The notes beneath the pieces were generated by a model. It saw only the letters and a program-made list of their open reading frames with translations, had not been told where the DNA came from and searched no databases. The translations under genes and the position numbers were made by a program. From Mizuhopecten yessoensis (Eukaryota), in the NCBI RefSeq assembly GCF_002113885.1, contig NW_018408894.1:439869-503868 (forward strand): 64,000 nucleotides of DNA, in the 5' to 3' direction. Of this stretch, positions 50,166 through 62,592 are shown one piece after another (position 1 is the first letter of the stretch; each line of letters begins with the position of its first letter).

Positions 50166-51578
50166 TCAGTTCAGTTTAAAGCCAGAGAACATGCTCCAAC
50201 TGGCATATACGTTAGCACTGCTGTCATGATTTCCAACCCTAACCCAGACCAGATCTCCCTCATCCAGCTGTATCACAACCAAACCACTAGTCGAACCGGA
50301 ATGAGTGCCTCGCGGGTTAACAATGGACCCCATTCTGACGCCATTCTTCACAAGATGGGAATCTAAAAAGTTATTGGCATTTGTAAGTGTGCTCCACGAG
50401 AAGACGTAAGTACCCGGCTGTTGACAGGTGAATGTCCCCGTGAGTGAAGAGTACATATTGCCGTTGTTGGTGATAACATGATCGTAAACGATCTCATGGT
50501 TGACGGCGGGTGCGGTGACAGTGGTTCCCAGAATTGCATGAAAGGCAATTACATTCGTCGATCCTGCAAAGTACGGAAGAGAAAATTCTGTAAAAAAAGC
50601 AAACTTTCCAACAACAAGGTATCAGCCTTAAAGAAGATATCTCCGTTAATAAAATTCAATGACACCCTATTATACCAACACATGACTTTATTGACCCACA
50701 ATCTTCAGAACATTCAAGAATATCTGACATAATTTTATGTACCTAAATATTTGGTTTCTTTGAATTCAACCCTTATACAAAATGGTTCAGTTCCTATTGA
50801 TATAAGTAAATGCAGAAATAATTGCAAATCAAAGATTTATTTTAATAATCATTATAATTTTCAATTGTATATTTTCAAAAAAAAGGTAGCATGATGTCTG
50901 GTCGTCTTTAAACTGATTGGATAGCATAGAAGCATCGGGTATTATTTTGATTAAGAAAAGTCTTGTATTACTGTGTTTACCATCTTTTTTATATCAAAAC
51001 CTCAAACTCCCTATGGACAAATCACGAACTCCAATGTTCGATTGTTGCTTACCGACACGAGTAGAACCCGTGCGTTTAGGAATCGATGGCGCATTCCCGC
51101 GGCGACGCCTAAACAGGCTTTGTATGGTTTTCGTTCGTTTTGACAGTACATCCGGTTTGGTGCTTCTTGGTCCGTCTTCATTCTTCATTAACATGATACT
51201 TGCAGTATTGTTTTGTACAAACTTGTATACTGGTTTTTGTCTACTTTCCGAAACAAACTCATCACTAAAGTGATTATCTGACGGTGTTTTGTGTATGTTA
51301 GTGGTGACATCGGTAGTACGATAAGAAGACTGTTGCTGTAGACGATAGTTGTCAGATTTTAGTTCGTCAATCTCAGATTGCATATCACGCATGCGTCTGA
51401 CATCTTTTGAACGAGAGTCTTCAAGAAGTCGCACACGATTTTCAAGGTCATATATTAAATCTAAAACATGAATACCAACATCCTCTGGGGAACTGGGGAA
51501 GGAGGGCAACAACCTGTCTACATCCCCCAAAGTTATACCGAGTCCGGCCCATAGCATGGCTATCAGGAACACGTCCAT
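50166..51578 (-). CDS. Secreted C1q-domain-containing protein (signal peptide, coiled coil, C-terminal gC1q), 307 aa; complement(join(50166..50563,51053..51578))
   Basis: MDVFLIAMLWAGLGITLG signal peptide; heptad-like LIYDLENRVRLLE..MQSEIDELKSDN; phase-1 intron (G|gtaagc ... tttgcag); gC1q motifs IAFHA, IVYDHVITNNGNMY, TGTFTCQQPGTYVFSW, LVKNG, IQLDEGDLVWVR, FSGFKL. Confidence 0.93.
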
Positions 51579-51597
51579 TTTGTCAGAGAAGTTGGCC

Positions 51598-51640
51598 CCT
51601 GAATGTTTGCCCAGCACAGTGTTATCTACGATATATACCT
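51598..51640 (-). promoter_or_regulatory. Putative TATA box and initiator of the C1qDC gene
   Basis: Minus-strand GTATATAT (51631-51638) lies ~30 nt upstream of ATTCAG (~51599-51604), which is ~25 nt before the ATG. An alternative CTATATAAAG lies at 51733-51742. Confidence 0.4.
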
Positions 51641-52174
51641 TAAACATCTGTCGAGAACCCAATAGCTTTCCCATTGTGTACATTCATATAGATGAAACAC
51701 TGTTATAATGGATCGACCAACAACATATTAGGCTTTATATAGAAAAATAAATTTCCAATATAAAACACTTAGTTTAAACACACGAGGTATGTTAATATGT
51801 TTCGTTTGTCTATATTTAATTAATGAGGCTTCTGACGATCCCTTCACCCCATCAAAGCAGGCGATAGGGGTTTTGTGTTGAATTTGACATACATGAAGAA
51901 GGGTAAACAATTATTGTTTGTATTAATTTCTTAGCACTGTGTACAATTGAATTCATTCTCATTTTACTATAATAAATGTATTTATTGTAAAAAAAATACT
52001 GCAATTACTTGCAGTGTTTTTGTTATAATTTTAGTTTCGAAATAATGTAAGATATTGCATTTGTTTTAAAAATTTATAATTTTTCCAGCTATATATATAT
52101 GTTATGCTTTCATATATATATATATATATAGCATTTATACACGAGCTTTTTAAGACAAGAAATAAAACTCTTAA

Positions 52175-52437
52175 GAGTCTTCAAGAAGTCGCACACGATT
52201 CTCAAGACCATATCATAAATTGAAAACATGCTTAAAAAGGGGCATCAACCTGTCTACATCCCCCAAAGTTATACCCGGCCCATAGCATGGCTATCAGGAA
52301 CACGTCCATGTTTTACGAGAGAATTGCCTTTTTTAGTTTGATCAGCACAGTGTCAAAGATTCTCTACAATAAATAAGCTTAACATCTGCTTAATACCTAG
52401 AACATTCGCATTGTTTGTGTCCATATAGATTAAACAG
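52175..52437 (-). pseudogene. Degenerate partial duplicate of the C1qDC promoter and exon-1 5' part
   Basis: Colinear with 51415..51700. ATG at 52309 reads MDVFLIAMLWAG, then a 5-nt deletion shifts the frame to TAA at codon 26; a second deletion and truncation follow. Confidence 0.85.
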
Positions 52438-54014
52438 TTACTACAGAGCAACAAGCAAACTGTCAGGCTTTCTATATCAAAACACTTCTGATTAGAAATA
52501 CGTTGTTTTATTACACGAAGGAAAGTTTCTGTGTTCCACATATATAATATATATTATACGAGCGAGTAGTGTTTCACTGTTTTGGTACTATCGTATATAA
52601 AAAAAAATCAAAGTTTTCCGAAACATGAAGAATAAAGCAAAAAGGGAAAGGTGCCTATGACACCAGTGTACAGTATACATTTCTAATGATTCCGATATAA
52701 TTAAAGAAACTAGCTAATAAACGCTTCTTTTATGGCTATGCTTGCTGTTTGTTCTGTTGGTTGTGCTCCTCGGAGAAACAACTGCTGTCAAGGATAGGAA
52801 TAGTTCTTGCGTAACTTCTAAAATATCCAAATTGAGATACCATGCATTGTTGTCGATGTTACGTCTAATGGCTGGAGAGAACTTGATTTCCTACATCCAT
52901 CCTGTGCTGTTTATATGTCTGTAAAACAGTTAGTTCCTGTGGGCGAATTAATTACTTTGACGGGGAGTTAAACTAGGACGTTATGAACACGTGATTTCCA
53001 ATTATGACATTTCATGCCGTGTGTGACATGATTAAGGTAACGGGTACACTGCATCAGCTATAATATCATAGAAGAGTTCCATTTATGAGCGTTAATTTGG
53101 AATATAAATAAATGTAAAAGCTTTTATTTTTATTTTTTAGAGTTACAATTTTGTACTTACCTTGTCAAAGTAATGATCTATAATTTTGATGGCTTGCATA
53201 TATAGTTCCTGGACAGCACCATATGCGACAAGCAGGGTACAGGGCCCAAGTCTGACCACTGCAGTCCTGGAGTTTTATTTATTTACTTCCATTTTCAATA
53301 AATCATCGCGAGATGCGATTTAAACTACATTTCTTTGTAAAAAAAATAAAATATTTTTGTTTTATTTTTGTTATATTAATACGGCATCTGAAGTGTCGTA
53401 AACGTCTACACTTCCGGAACAATTGATCTGCCTCCGATTTTAATATGAAAAGGCAAAGCCTTAAAAGAGCGTAGCTTTTGTTGATCTCTGATATTTACGG
53501 ATTAAGAATACAATTTTTTCAGAATGATATAAGATAAACTTTATTAAAAGTCGGCTAGTCAAGGAATAACAATAAAACGCAAGCTCTAATGAGATTAAGA
53601 CCGACATAACAATAGGGAGACAGGGGCAAGTTCGGCCCTTTTTAAAATTTAAATCCGTTCTAGTAAGTATGGCAGCACGTCTGTTTTTGAACATTATTTA
53701 ACTCTCCTGTCGGAAGATCGGATGACCGTACGATTAGGACGTCATAAAGCATGCAACGTCAGATTTTACCGCCAATTCTACAAATTTTATGTGTTACATG
53801 GGCCGAACTTGCCACAGTTTCATTGGCCGAAACTGTCCGGGCCCAAATTGATATTTCAATAAATTCTTATCGTACAGCAATATGGTAGTGAGTGATTGGC
53901 TTGGCTTTTATGTATTATCATTTGAAGCTGCCAGTGTCTTACACGTATTCCTGTAAAAAAAGTAGCAATTCCATTTCAAAAAGTTCGCATAACTAGAAGC
54001 GCGCTCGCCAGTAC

Positions 54015-54195
54015 CAAGATGGCCGGATTCAAACCCGGTCACCTGCCCGACAACGCGGATTTTCTCTGGATACTCCAGCTTCCTCCCTTATTAAGAATTT
54101 AACCCTCTGCGTGCTTCCGTCAGGGCACAAATAGAATGATTGAGATAAGCTGGGGGAAAACTGTTTGGTAATTACTATAGAAAAAAGTGCATATT
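54015..54195 (+). mobile_element. Degenerate SINE
   Basis: B-box-like GATTCAAACCC followed by TTTTCTCTGGATACTCCAGCTTCCTCCC core. Confidence 0.45.
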
Positions 54196-55237
54196 ACATA
54201 TTTGACGATTAGTCTAAGTAAATGTATAGAGATGTTAGTTAAAAAATGAAATTAAAAAAAGAAAACATTGTAAGACTTTGATTTTACTGAAAGTGTCTTG
54301 ATATGGATATGTAGTCTCAATTACTGTCCCATCCTGAAACACCGGATTGAATTTCAAATTTTGTAACTGTCACCGAGGTTTGACAGGTAATGATGCCAAA
54401 TAAAATTACAGTTTCTATCTGTAGCTAGTTATAATTCGGCACTCGTTGGGAAAAAGTAATACGTTGCTGAAAAAGGGCGTTGCACTTGGGTTGGTTGTCT
54501 GGAAAATTATTGTTAATTTTGTCATAAATGCATTTTCCATTGCTTCTTTTATGAGTGGTGATGCATAAATAATGTAAAGACTATATCCAGACTTTCAAAA
54601 ATGTCAATTATTTCGTTCATATTCTCAACAAAAGGAAATCAAAAGCTGATGAAATTTTAAATTATCACTTTTTTGAAGATATCTTCCGGTAGAAAAAAAC
54701 AACAGAACCGGGTTGATGACAAAAGAGACTTTCAGAAAATATCCGCATTTTTATTTTTTGTGCCTGTGGAGAAAAACTGAAATAAAAAAAAAGTCTTGAA
54801 GCACCGACAAAGAGATAAATGCAACGGCTATCAGTTCCAGAATTTTCCGGTTATTTTTCATCCTTCCGGAAATAACCGATGAAGGCCGATGGATTGTGAC
54901 GTGCTTGTGACATCATAGTATGATCATCTCTGAACGAAGTTTCATGCCTGTTAGTATCATATTTTATGTGATAGACTTTTTTCACTAAGAATGTTTATTA
55001 TTTTTTTATCTAAATAAACAAGTAATAAAACATGGGTATTGCTTTTACTATATGAAGATGTTAATGTATGGGTTGAAACACAATTGTCTTTGCTTCAAGG
55101 ATACACTTTCGGTTTCCCCACTGGACATCTACTTCCGGTCGATTTTGTTTAAAGGCAAGGTGTAGAAAGGGGAAGCAACTCTGTATACGCACGCATGTGT
55201 TACCATTAAAGAGCTTCGCTCGGGCGCCAAACTCTTA

Positions 55238-55651
55238 TTATAGTGCTATAGTGCTTCTGCATTCCCTGTTGTCGATTTTGAACTCACATTCTGGACATTT
55301 TGTGCTTACATTATTTTTATATAATTTAATCTTGCTGGCAACAATCATTTTGATTGGCTTAAAAAATTATAGTACACGTAAAAAATGACGTCGCCGTCTA
55401 TAACGTCGCTTTTGATTGGCTGATACAGCGGCGTAACAATTTCTGAGAGAGTCCATCAATAAAAGTGGATTTCGACAGTAGATTGTGTAAAGGAGATTAA
55501 ATTATAAGGATTAACTTGAATATATTTTTTTATGTTATGGAGCTGTAACACAAAAAAACGGAGTGTACTCTCAGGTTTATATATAAAGTACACTCCGTCT
55601 TTTTGTGTTATATCTCCATAACATAAAAAATTATATTCAAGTTAATCCTTA
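55238..55651. mobile_element. Non-autonomous element ending in a ~64-bp-arm hairpin (55505-55651)
   Basis: taaggattaacttgaat...cggagtgtact [loop] agtacactccg...attcaagttaatcctta, preceded by paired TGATTGGCT and a TGACGTC motif. Family and left boundary uncertain. Confidence 0.55.
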
Positions 55652-56334
55652 AATGTTTCAGTTAATTCAATATATTGTACCTGCATGCTCGTAAACGTTT
55701 ATTCATTTTCATTTTATCTTATCAAACGGAAACAAACAACAACAACAAAATGTTAATATCATGAAACATAACCGACAATTGTAACAGATACGGCTCCACG
55801 GTGTCAGAGTGTGTAATCACGACAACACGATGTCTACGTATAGTGCATCCTCGTAAAGATTTAAAGTGGATGTGAGAACAAGATAATGTTTAGAATTATC
55901 AACATCCGATCTGGCATGGTCATTTATCGTTATATTTATGGTATATTTGTAGGATGTATTAAAATTTTGATGTGTTTAGTTTAATAGATCATGGCAGATA
56001 TAGTCTGGAAACTTATCAAACTTATCAGTTAAACCGTAGTGGGTCACACACGGAGATACTACGCTATGTAAAATCAATATCAGGCAGACGCCTAATTGTA
56101 ATGGTGCATTTACTCTGTTGGGAAAGTTAGAAACAAACTGCACTTTTTATCATGTTTTTTACTCGTCATTTCCAAATACAAGACGTAATATCTTTAAAGC
56201 AGTACATGGTGAGCGAATAGTAAAAAGGACGTTTTATGTATTTACTAATTTAAAAAGAAGTTATTACTTATTTTTAACGATGACCTTATGGCCGCATGAA
56301 ATAAGATCCGCACGATTTCCCCCCCCTCCCCCCC

Positions 56335-56495
56335 NNNNNNNNNNNNNNNNNNNNNNNNNNNNNNNNNNNNNNNNNNNNNNNNNNNNNNNNNNNNNNNNNN
56401 NNNNNNNNNNNNNNNNNNNNNNNNNNNNNNNNNNNNNNNNNNNNNNNNNNNNNNNNNNNNNNNNNNNNNNNNNNNNNNNNNNNNNNNNNNNNNNN
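56335..56495. other. Assembly gap flanked by poly-C runs
   Basis: Run of N. Confidence 0.99.
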
Positions 56496-59400
56496 CCCAC
56501 CCCCCAAAGGTAATTCGCTGTTCTACTCAGCATAGAATACGAAGAATGCAAGTAAGACTTTACATCATCAAAATTAGGTTCTATTTTCTAGCAAACTTGA
56601 AGCAAGATGTGAACAAATTCGTCTTCCTTTTATCACAGGTGCTTGGAAGATGTGCACAATGTTGTCTTAAATAAGTTTTATTGAACGCAACTTATTCAAA
56701 GATACATTCAAATAGGCATTCAATCTGGATTTTTTTCCCAGTGTTCATGCGAGTATGAACGGGGGAAATTTACTTACACACCACATGAGCGGCCGTATCA
56801 TCCAGATTCAAACCCTATAATTCCAAATCACTATCAATGGGAAGGAAAAACCAAAAACATCATTTAAATTACGAACTTTTTTCATTCATTCATAAATTAG
56901 TGTAGTAATATGACGTAACATCGCAACGTCTAATTCACGTGAACATTTCCCACGGCCGCTTCATCCGGCTTGAGCAACCTTGTTGATGAAAACATTGAAG
57001 ACACAGTGGTTTAATTTGCGAATGAGCTATAATTAAACTTTGGCGATTTTACATAGAGAATGTTAACAACAGTGCACGTTGAAGTCGAGGGATATTGATT
57101 CTAGAGAACGGCCCGGAAAGGCCGGGGTTGACACCCGGTTTGAGGAATGCGGTGTTTATTAATATTATGACGGAAAGTGTAGTAGCTGGACTCGTCAAGT
57201 TTTCTGAGTCATGGTCATTAATGGATAAATAACATGAAAGAACTTTATTTCGTATGTCATGGAAGGAACATTATGTGTCGTAATTCCAACCCTGGGGTTC
57301 GGTTGTTTGTAGTCTCGGCCTCGCTATGTGCGGCGTTAGTAGTCCTAACGTTAGGCCTTGTGTTTACATGCCGCGTTCACTGTCGATCTAAACCCCCTAA
57401 AACATGTAAAATTACATCCTCGATATCCAAGGGTTACGCTCACTTTCGCTTTCTACACCCCTGAAATATGTCATATGTCAATCATAACTCCTGGATATCG
57501 AGGATGGTAAAATTACTCTAAACACCTTAATTTAGGTCCAAATAAAGCTGTAACAAATTATCAGGTCCCTGTGGCCGCGTTCGTCTTGTTCGTGCACATT
57601 TATGGATAATACAGTATAACTTTGTAAGTGAATTCATCTAAGTTGATACTTTCTAATGTTGGAAACATCTAGATTAATTTATATATCGCCACTAATTTGA
57701 TCACTGTGCGGACCTGTGACATCGAAATATTGTCAGTTTGAGCTTTGTCAGATTGATATCGTCTAAGAAGAATTCGGATCACCAAACCATCATTTTATTC
57801 ATTCATTGGAAATTCTTAGGATGGATTATATTCATTTATAGTTGTATCAAAGGAAGAATATCAATGAGTGTTCTTACAAAAGGAATTAGCACCCGGGGCT
57901 CACGCGAAATATTTATAGAACGCTCTGACGTCACCAATCAGCGTTTCCAGTTTTTGCGAATGTCGGGACCAAAATCGGGTCAAGCCTTTTGCAGTATTTT
58001 ACACTTCAAATTAATATTTTTTTGTCAGCATATTAATATTATATGATGACCTTCGCAATTTATATGAAAACAAATATTTCTATGGTGTGAAATTATGCCT
58101 ATAGTCCAAAACAGAATGCATAGTCGTCACACGCGCCATCTTTTAAAAACGAAAACAAAACACTGAGGTTTGAGTTAGAATTATGTTCTCTAGTGCTATT
58201 TGAATTTATGTAGACAAGCAAAATGGTGCATGGTCATCTAATTTACGGCTACATCATCTGTTGACACATTTATTGATATTTTTGCAAAAAAGTTATCCGA
58301 TTTGGGTACTGATCCGATTTGGGTAAGACGACAGAACTTGCCATAGTCAACTGTAGATTAAAGTTATTTCTTATAAAACCTCTAATACTTAACATAATGA
58401 AAAAGAAGATAAAGACAAAATAACAAAAAAATAATGATAAATAGTAGATCTCGCAATGTTTTCACAGCGAGTTCAGGTTCTGCAATGGGAGTCCACTCGA
58501 ACGACAATACTGAAAAAAGTGGATTTGGAAAATTTTAAAAGTAGCCCCATGGAAAAGCAGCCGTTCATACTAATATTAACAGCTGTTTTTTGTTGGGTCA
58601 TATGTGCTACTTTTGGCCAATCACAGAACCTGTAACAAAGTGCAAAATGACATTTGGAATTATTATCTTATGGATGAACTTCATTTTTGCAATATCCGAG
58701 GTTACGATTCACCTTGAAAATAAATCCCACGAACACGAATACAATATGAATTCAGCGTTATGGCTTTCTGCATTTACATACAAAATCTTTGAAAATTATT
58801 GAACTGTCCGGGTATTACTGCCCGTGTACTTCAGAGTTTAGTATAACCCTTTCGGGACTCCCCGTTATTGTTATGTGTATGATAATCAACGAGAGATTCG
58901 AATGTAATAAGAAACCATATGCTTGGAACGCCATCGTTAAGAGTTGTAACCGGCATCAGAATAAGAAAGTTATCAAGGATATTACTATCTTCAAATAGTT
59001 ACTTCTTGTATTCTTTTTCGCGATTATAAAATATATTTCCGATATAAAGGTCACCACACAGCTTTACTGACAAGTTCTTCGTTTGATATCTATTGTGATT
59101 TTCCAGACATTATTCAATATCCCTGTTGCCTTCAAACGCAAAAACGTCAGACACGCGAAAATATATATCTTTACGGTATATAATGACGCAACGAGGCAAT
59201 TAACGCCCTTTGATATGAAAATAGCTACTACTTATAAGATTGGTTATCCTCTGTGATTTTCCAGACTTTATACAAAATCACTGTTGTCTCCATATTGATG
59301 GTGTGGCTCATGCGGCCGTCTAGACGCCGCTTCATTTGTATCTTTAAAAATAGTCGGTTAATCTAAAAGACACTTCACAACTCTGACTGTAATTTGCTTC

Positions 59401-61254
59401 GATTTGTAAGTTCCACCTTTCGAATTTCTTATGACAGTTGATTACGACTTTACCTAGAGACGTAATACGTGTGTATTGATCTATTACGGCCGTCTCCCAT
59501 TAAACAATGTCCCTGATAATAACCGTTTAGACGTTTGACGAAAAAGCATACATTGAAGTCGTGAGTGAGTTTTCTGCTACGTTCTTATCACTTACACACT
59601 ACTGATGTTGTCTACCATACATGTAACGGATAATAGTGGACAGACGTGGAGCCGCTTCTTACTAACATAAACATACTCATAGTGAAGGTGGAAACGCTAT
59701 ATATATAAACGGTCATTCATATTTATATAATTGTTCTCAAAAGTGTTCATATCAATCGCTGCCTGTTCCAAAAATATGTGCAAAAAATGAAAATTCGAAA
59801 ATCGGATTCAGTGACAAATATTAATTTCGGATATAAGCAATACAATATTGTACAGAATTTTAAAATCACTACGTTTTGCAATATTCAGTTGGCAAAGTAA
59901 GCCTCGGTTTGAAACAAAACTACAGGGATATACCCAATTTACGAGGCCAATCAGAAATATGTCCCGTACCGTGGCAGACGAGAAATGATCATGTTTACGA
60001 TATTGGCAATGGGGATAATAAGAAAGAGATATAAGATAATCGATATACAACAAATAAATAAATAAAATATACATTCTAAGTTACGTAATAACACTGAAGA
60101 AAATAACGCGACCTGCACTCAAACTGCACAAACACACTACTTGTCAGCTAATTACAGCGTGACGTGTTGGCTGTCGATATCTCGGCTGACCGGCCACTAC
60201 AGTCATTATAAGGATATGCTGACTACGCCGATACATACAGATATACCTGATACAGTGCCAATAAACACGTCTGTATAAATAGGCACCGTAGATAACAGTG
60301 GTCCTCGTAAATAGTCTGGACCGGCAAATAGGTTCACACTTTATTAAGTAATACACAGCTACATTTTGTATATAGCTCTGATCTAAAGCATAAAGCCGAG
60401 TTTAAGTTTAGATTCACCAGTAAACTATTGATACACATCCACTGGAACTGTGAAACAGTTTTATTTCCGTAGACGAGAGAATGCAAACCCAGATTACAAT
60501 ATATGGCAGTGTTATATCATTTTAATTTATACTTTATCTCCTGTCCATAAACCTCTTGTTTTATGTATGTATGACGGGGAAACACTACTCACACATGCAT
60601 CAGGTAATTTGGTTGTCATACAGTTTAATAATATATTATCAATTCAGGGTACCACTAAAGCAACGTCCGCGTCATAAAAAGCGAGTAAGTTAAAAAGGAT
60701 GACAAATGTAATGTTGTTTGATGCACAGGGACAAATTTTATAAAGCCCGATAGACAAGGATAACAAAAAGTCAGCTTCGACGCACACGGACAATATTATA
60801 TTACATATTCGACACACAGGGGAAATATTAGATTCCCGGAAGTGGTTTCCGAGTACAGGATTAATGCAGTAAAATGTGTAATTGAAAATGATAATGACTA
60901 TCAATTATTCGTGTATGCATCAAATAAATACTTGTTTAAATGACCTTCATTGTACATGTCTGTTATAAGCATTTCGTATTCACTTAGAAAGTTTAGATTT
61001 CATCCCGAATTACTGATAATAATTCAACGTCTATCATAATAAAACATTTCTTACCATTGATTGGTTAAATATCATGTGTCCATTTCACTGTACAGTAGTT
61101 CACATGGAGTCAAATTGGTTATTTCACTATTAATTATTATCGCAGTACAACGAACTTTAAATGATTTGCTTAATTGGGCTTAATTTTAGTTTCGTAAAGA
61201 GGTTCAAGTTTTCTACCATATTTTGTCGCCCTGTTACATGTATACAAATATTTA

Positions 61255-62592
61255 TGGAACAATTTAGAGAAGTTATTTTTAATCTATATTAGACCACTTC
61301 TTGAATATGCATGTGAGGTTTGGGGCAACTGCGGTGTAACTAATTCCCTAATACTGGAGAAAATTCCACTAGAAGCTGCTAGAATTGTCACTGGATTGCC
61401 CATTTACGCGAAAAAAGATTTTTTATATCAGGAAACTGGCTGGTTACACCTCGCCATAAGAAGAGATGCTCGGAATCTTTCTCTATTTTATTCTATTGTT
61501 AACAATATGGCACCAAATTTTCTTATTGACTTGTTGCCATATTATGCTGGAAATATAGTCCAATATAATTTACAAGGATCTCACCTGCTGAGAGAACAAC
61601 AGTTTCGTTTACACTCGTCAAAAAAATCTTTCTTTCCCTCTGCAACGAATCTTTGGAACAACCTGAATAACGCTATAAGAAATTCACCCTCATTAAATTC
61701 GTTCAAGTCAAATGTTAAAAAGTCCTTGCTGGTGAACATTAATTCAAGTAAGCAATTTGTTAATTATGGATCTAGGAAATTAAATATTCTTCACTGTCGC
61801 CTGAGAAACCGAGCAAGCCCACTTAACTATGATATTTTTATAGCCAAATTAACGGATTCAGCAGAGTGTAGATGTGGGCATCCCTGTGAAGATTCTTATA
61901 CTTTTTTTTTCTTTTTTTGTCCCCTATATCAGAATTCGCGTAGACTATTATATACAGATCTAGCATAGTATGTAAACTTACTCTGTAATGGTGACGATGG
62001 TGTTATTGATGTAAACTTACTCTGTAATGGTGACGATGGTGTTATTGATATAAACTTACTCTGTTATGGTACGATGGTGTTATTGATGTAAATTTACTCT
62101 GTAATGGTGACGATGGTGTTATTGATGTAAACCTACTCTGTAATGGTACGATGGTGTTATTGATGTAAACTTACTCTGTAATGGTACGATGGTGTTATTG
62201 ATGTAAACTTACTCTGTAATGGTGACGCTAGTATTTCTTCAGATGATAACAACAAAATTGCCAAATCAGTACAAAACGTTCTATGTAGGTCGCGAAGATT
62301 TGATTAATTTTCTGTTTCTCTATTTATACCCTCCCCCCTCCTTTCTCTCTCCCACTATCTTTCACTGTCTCTCTCTCCCCCCCCACCCCTCCGAATCCTC
62401 GATTTCACTGTGATATGTTTCATTCATTTGTTTGTTTCTTAATGTATATTATGTTTCATGCCATCACGTGACCACAATTGTAAATATGTTATGTATGTTA
62501 TTTGGAGCAGTCATCTATAAGTTGGAAAAACTTACCGACTAATCCTATTGTCATATTATATGTCAATAAAATATGTTTAAACTAAAAAAAAA
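61255..62592 (+). mobile_element. 5'-truncated CR1-like LINE 3' end (post-RT region, Cys/His motif, 3'UTR, poly-A)
   Basis: IRPLLEYACEVW..EAARIVTG..ETGW..SFFPSATNLWN..HCRLRN..CRCGHPCED..CPLY; premature TAG at 61966; presumed native end ..SRRFD-TAA at 62305; AATAAA 62565; A-tail 62584-62592. Confidence 0.85.
61970..62227 (+). repeat. 39/37-bp minisatellite inside the CR1 remnant
   Basis: About 6.5 copies of gtaaacttactctgtaatggtgacgatggtgttattgat. Confidence 0.92.

Noticed and set aside
51579-51683. Upstream ATGs extending the C1qDC ORF by 35 aa
   Set aside because: They would bury the signal peptide, they overlap the TATA/Inr-like region, and they are not preserved in the duplicate copy.
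57234-57464. 76-aa ORF with a TM-like stretch
   Set aside because: Overlaps an inverted-repeat, transposon-like region and has no supporting gene structure.
7637-62227. Many repeat periods are multiples of 3 (33, 36, 39, 48, 54, 78)
   Set aside because: About as many are not (26, 29, 32, 40, 41, 43, 46, 65); no evidence of coding constraint.
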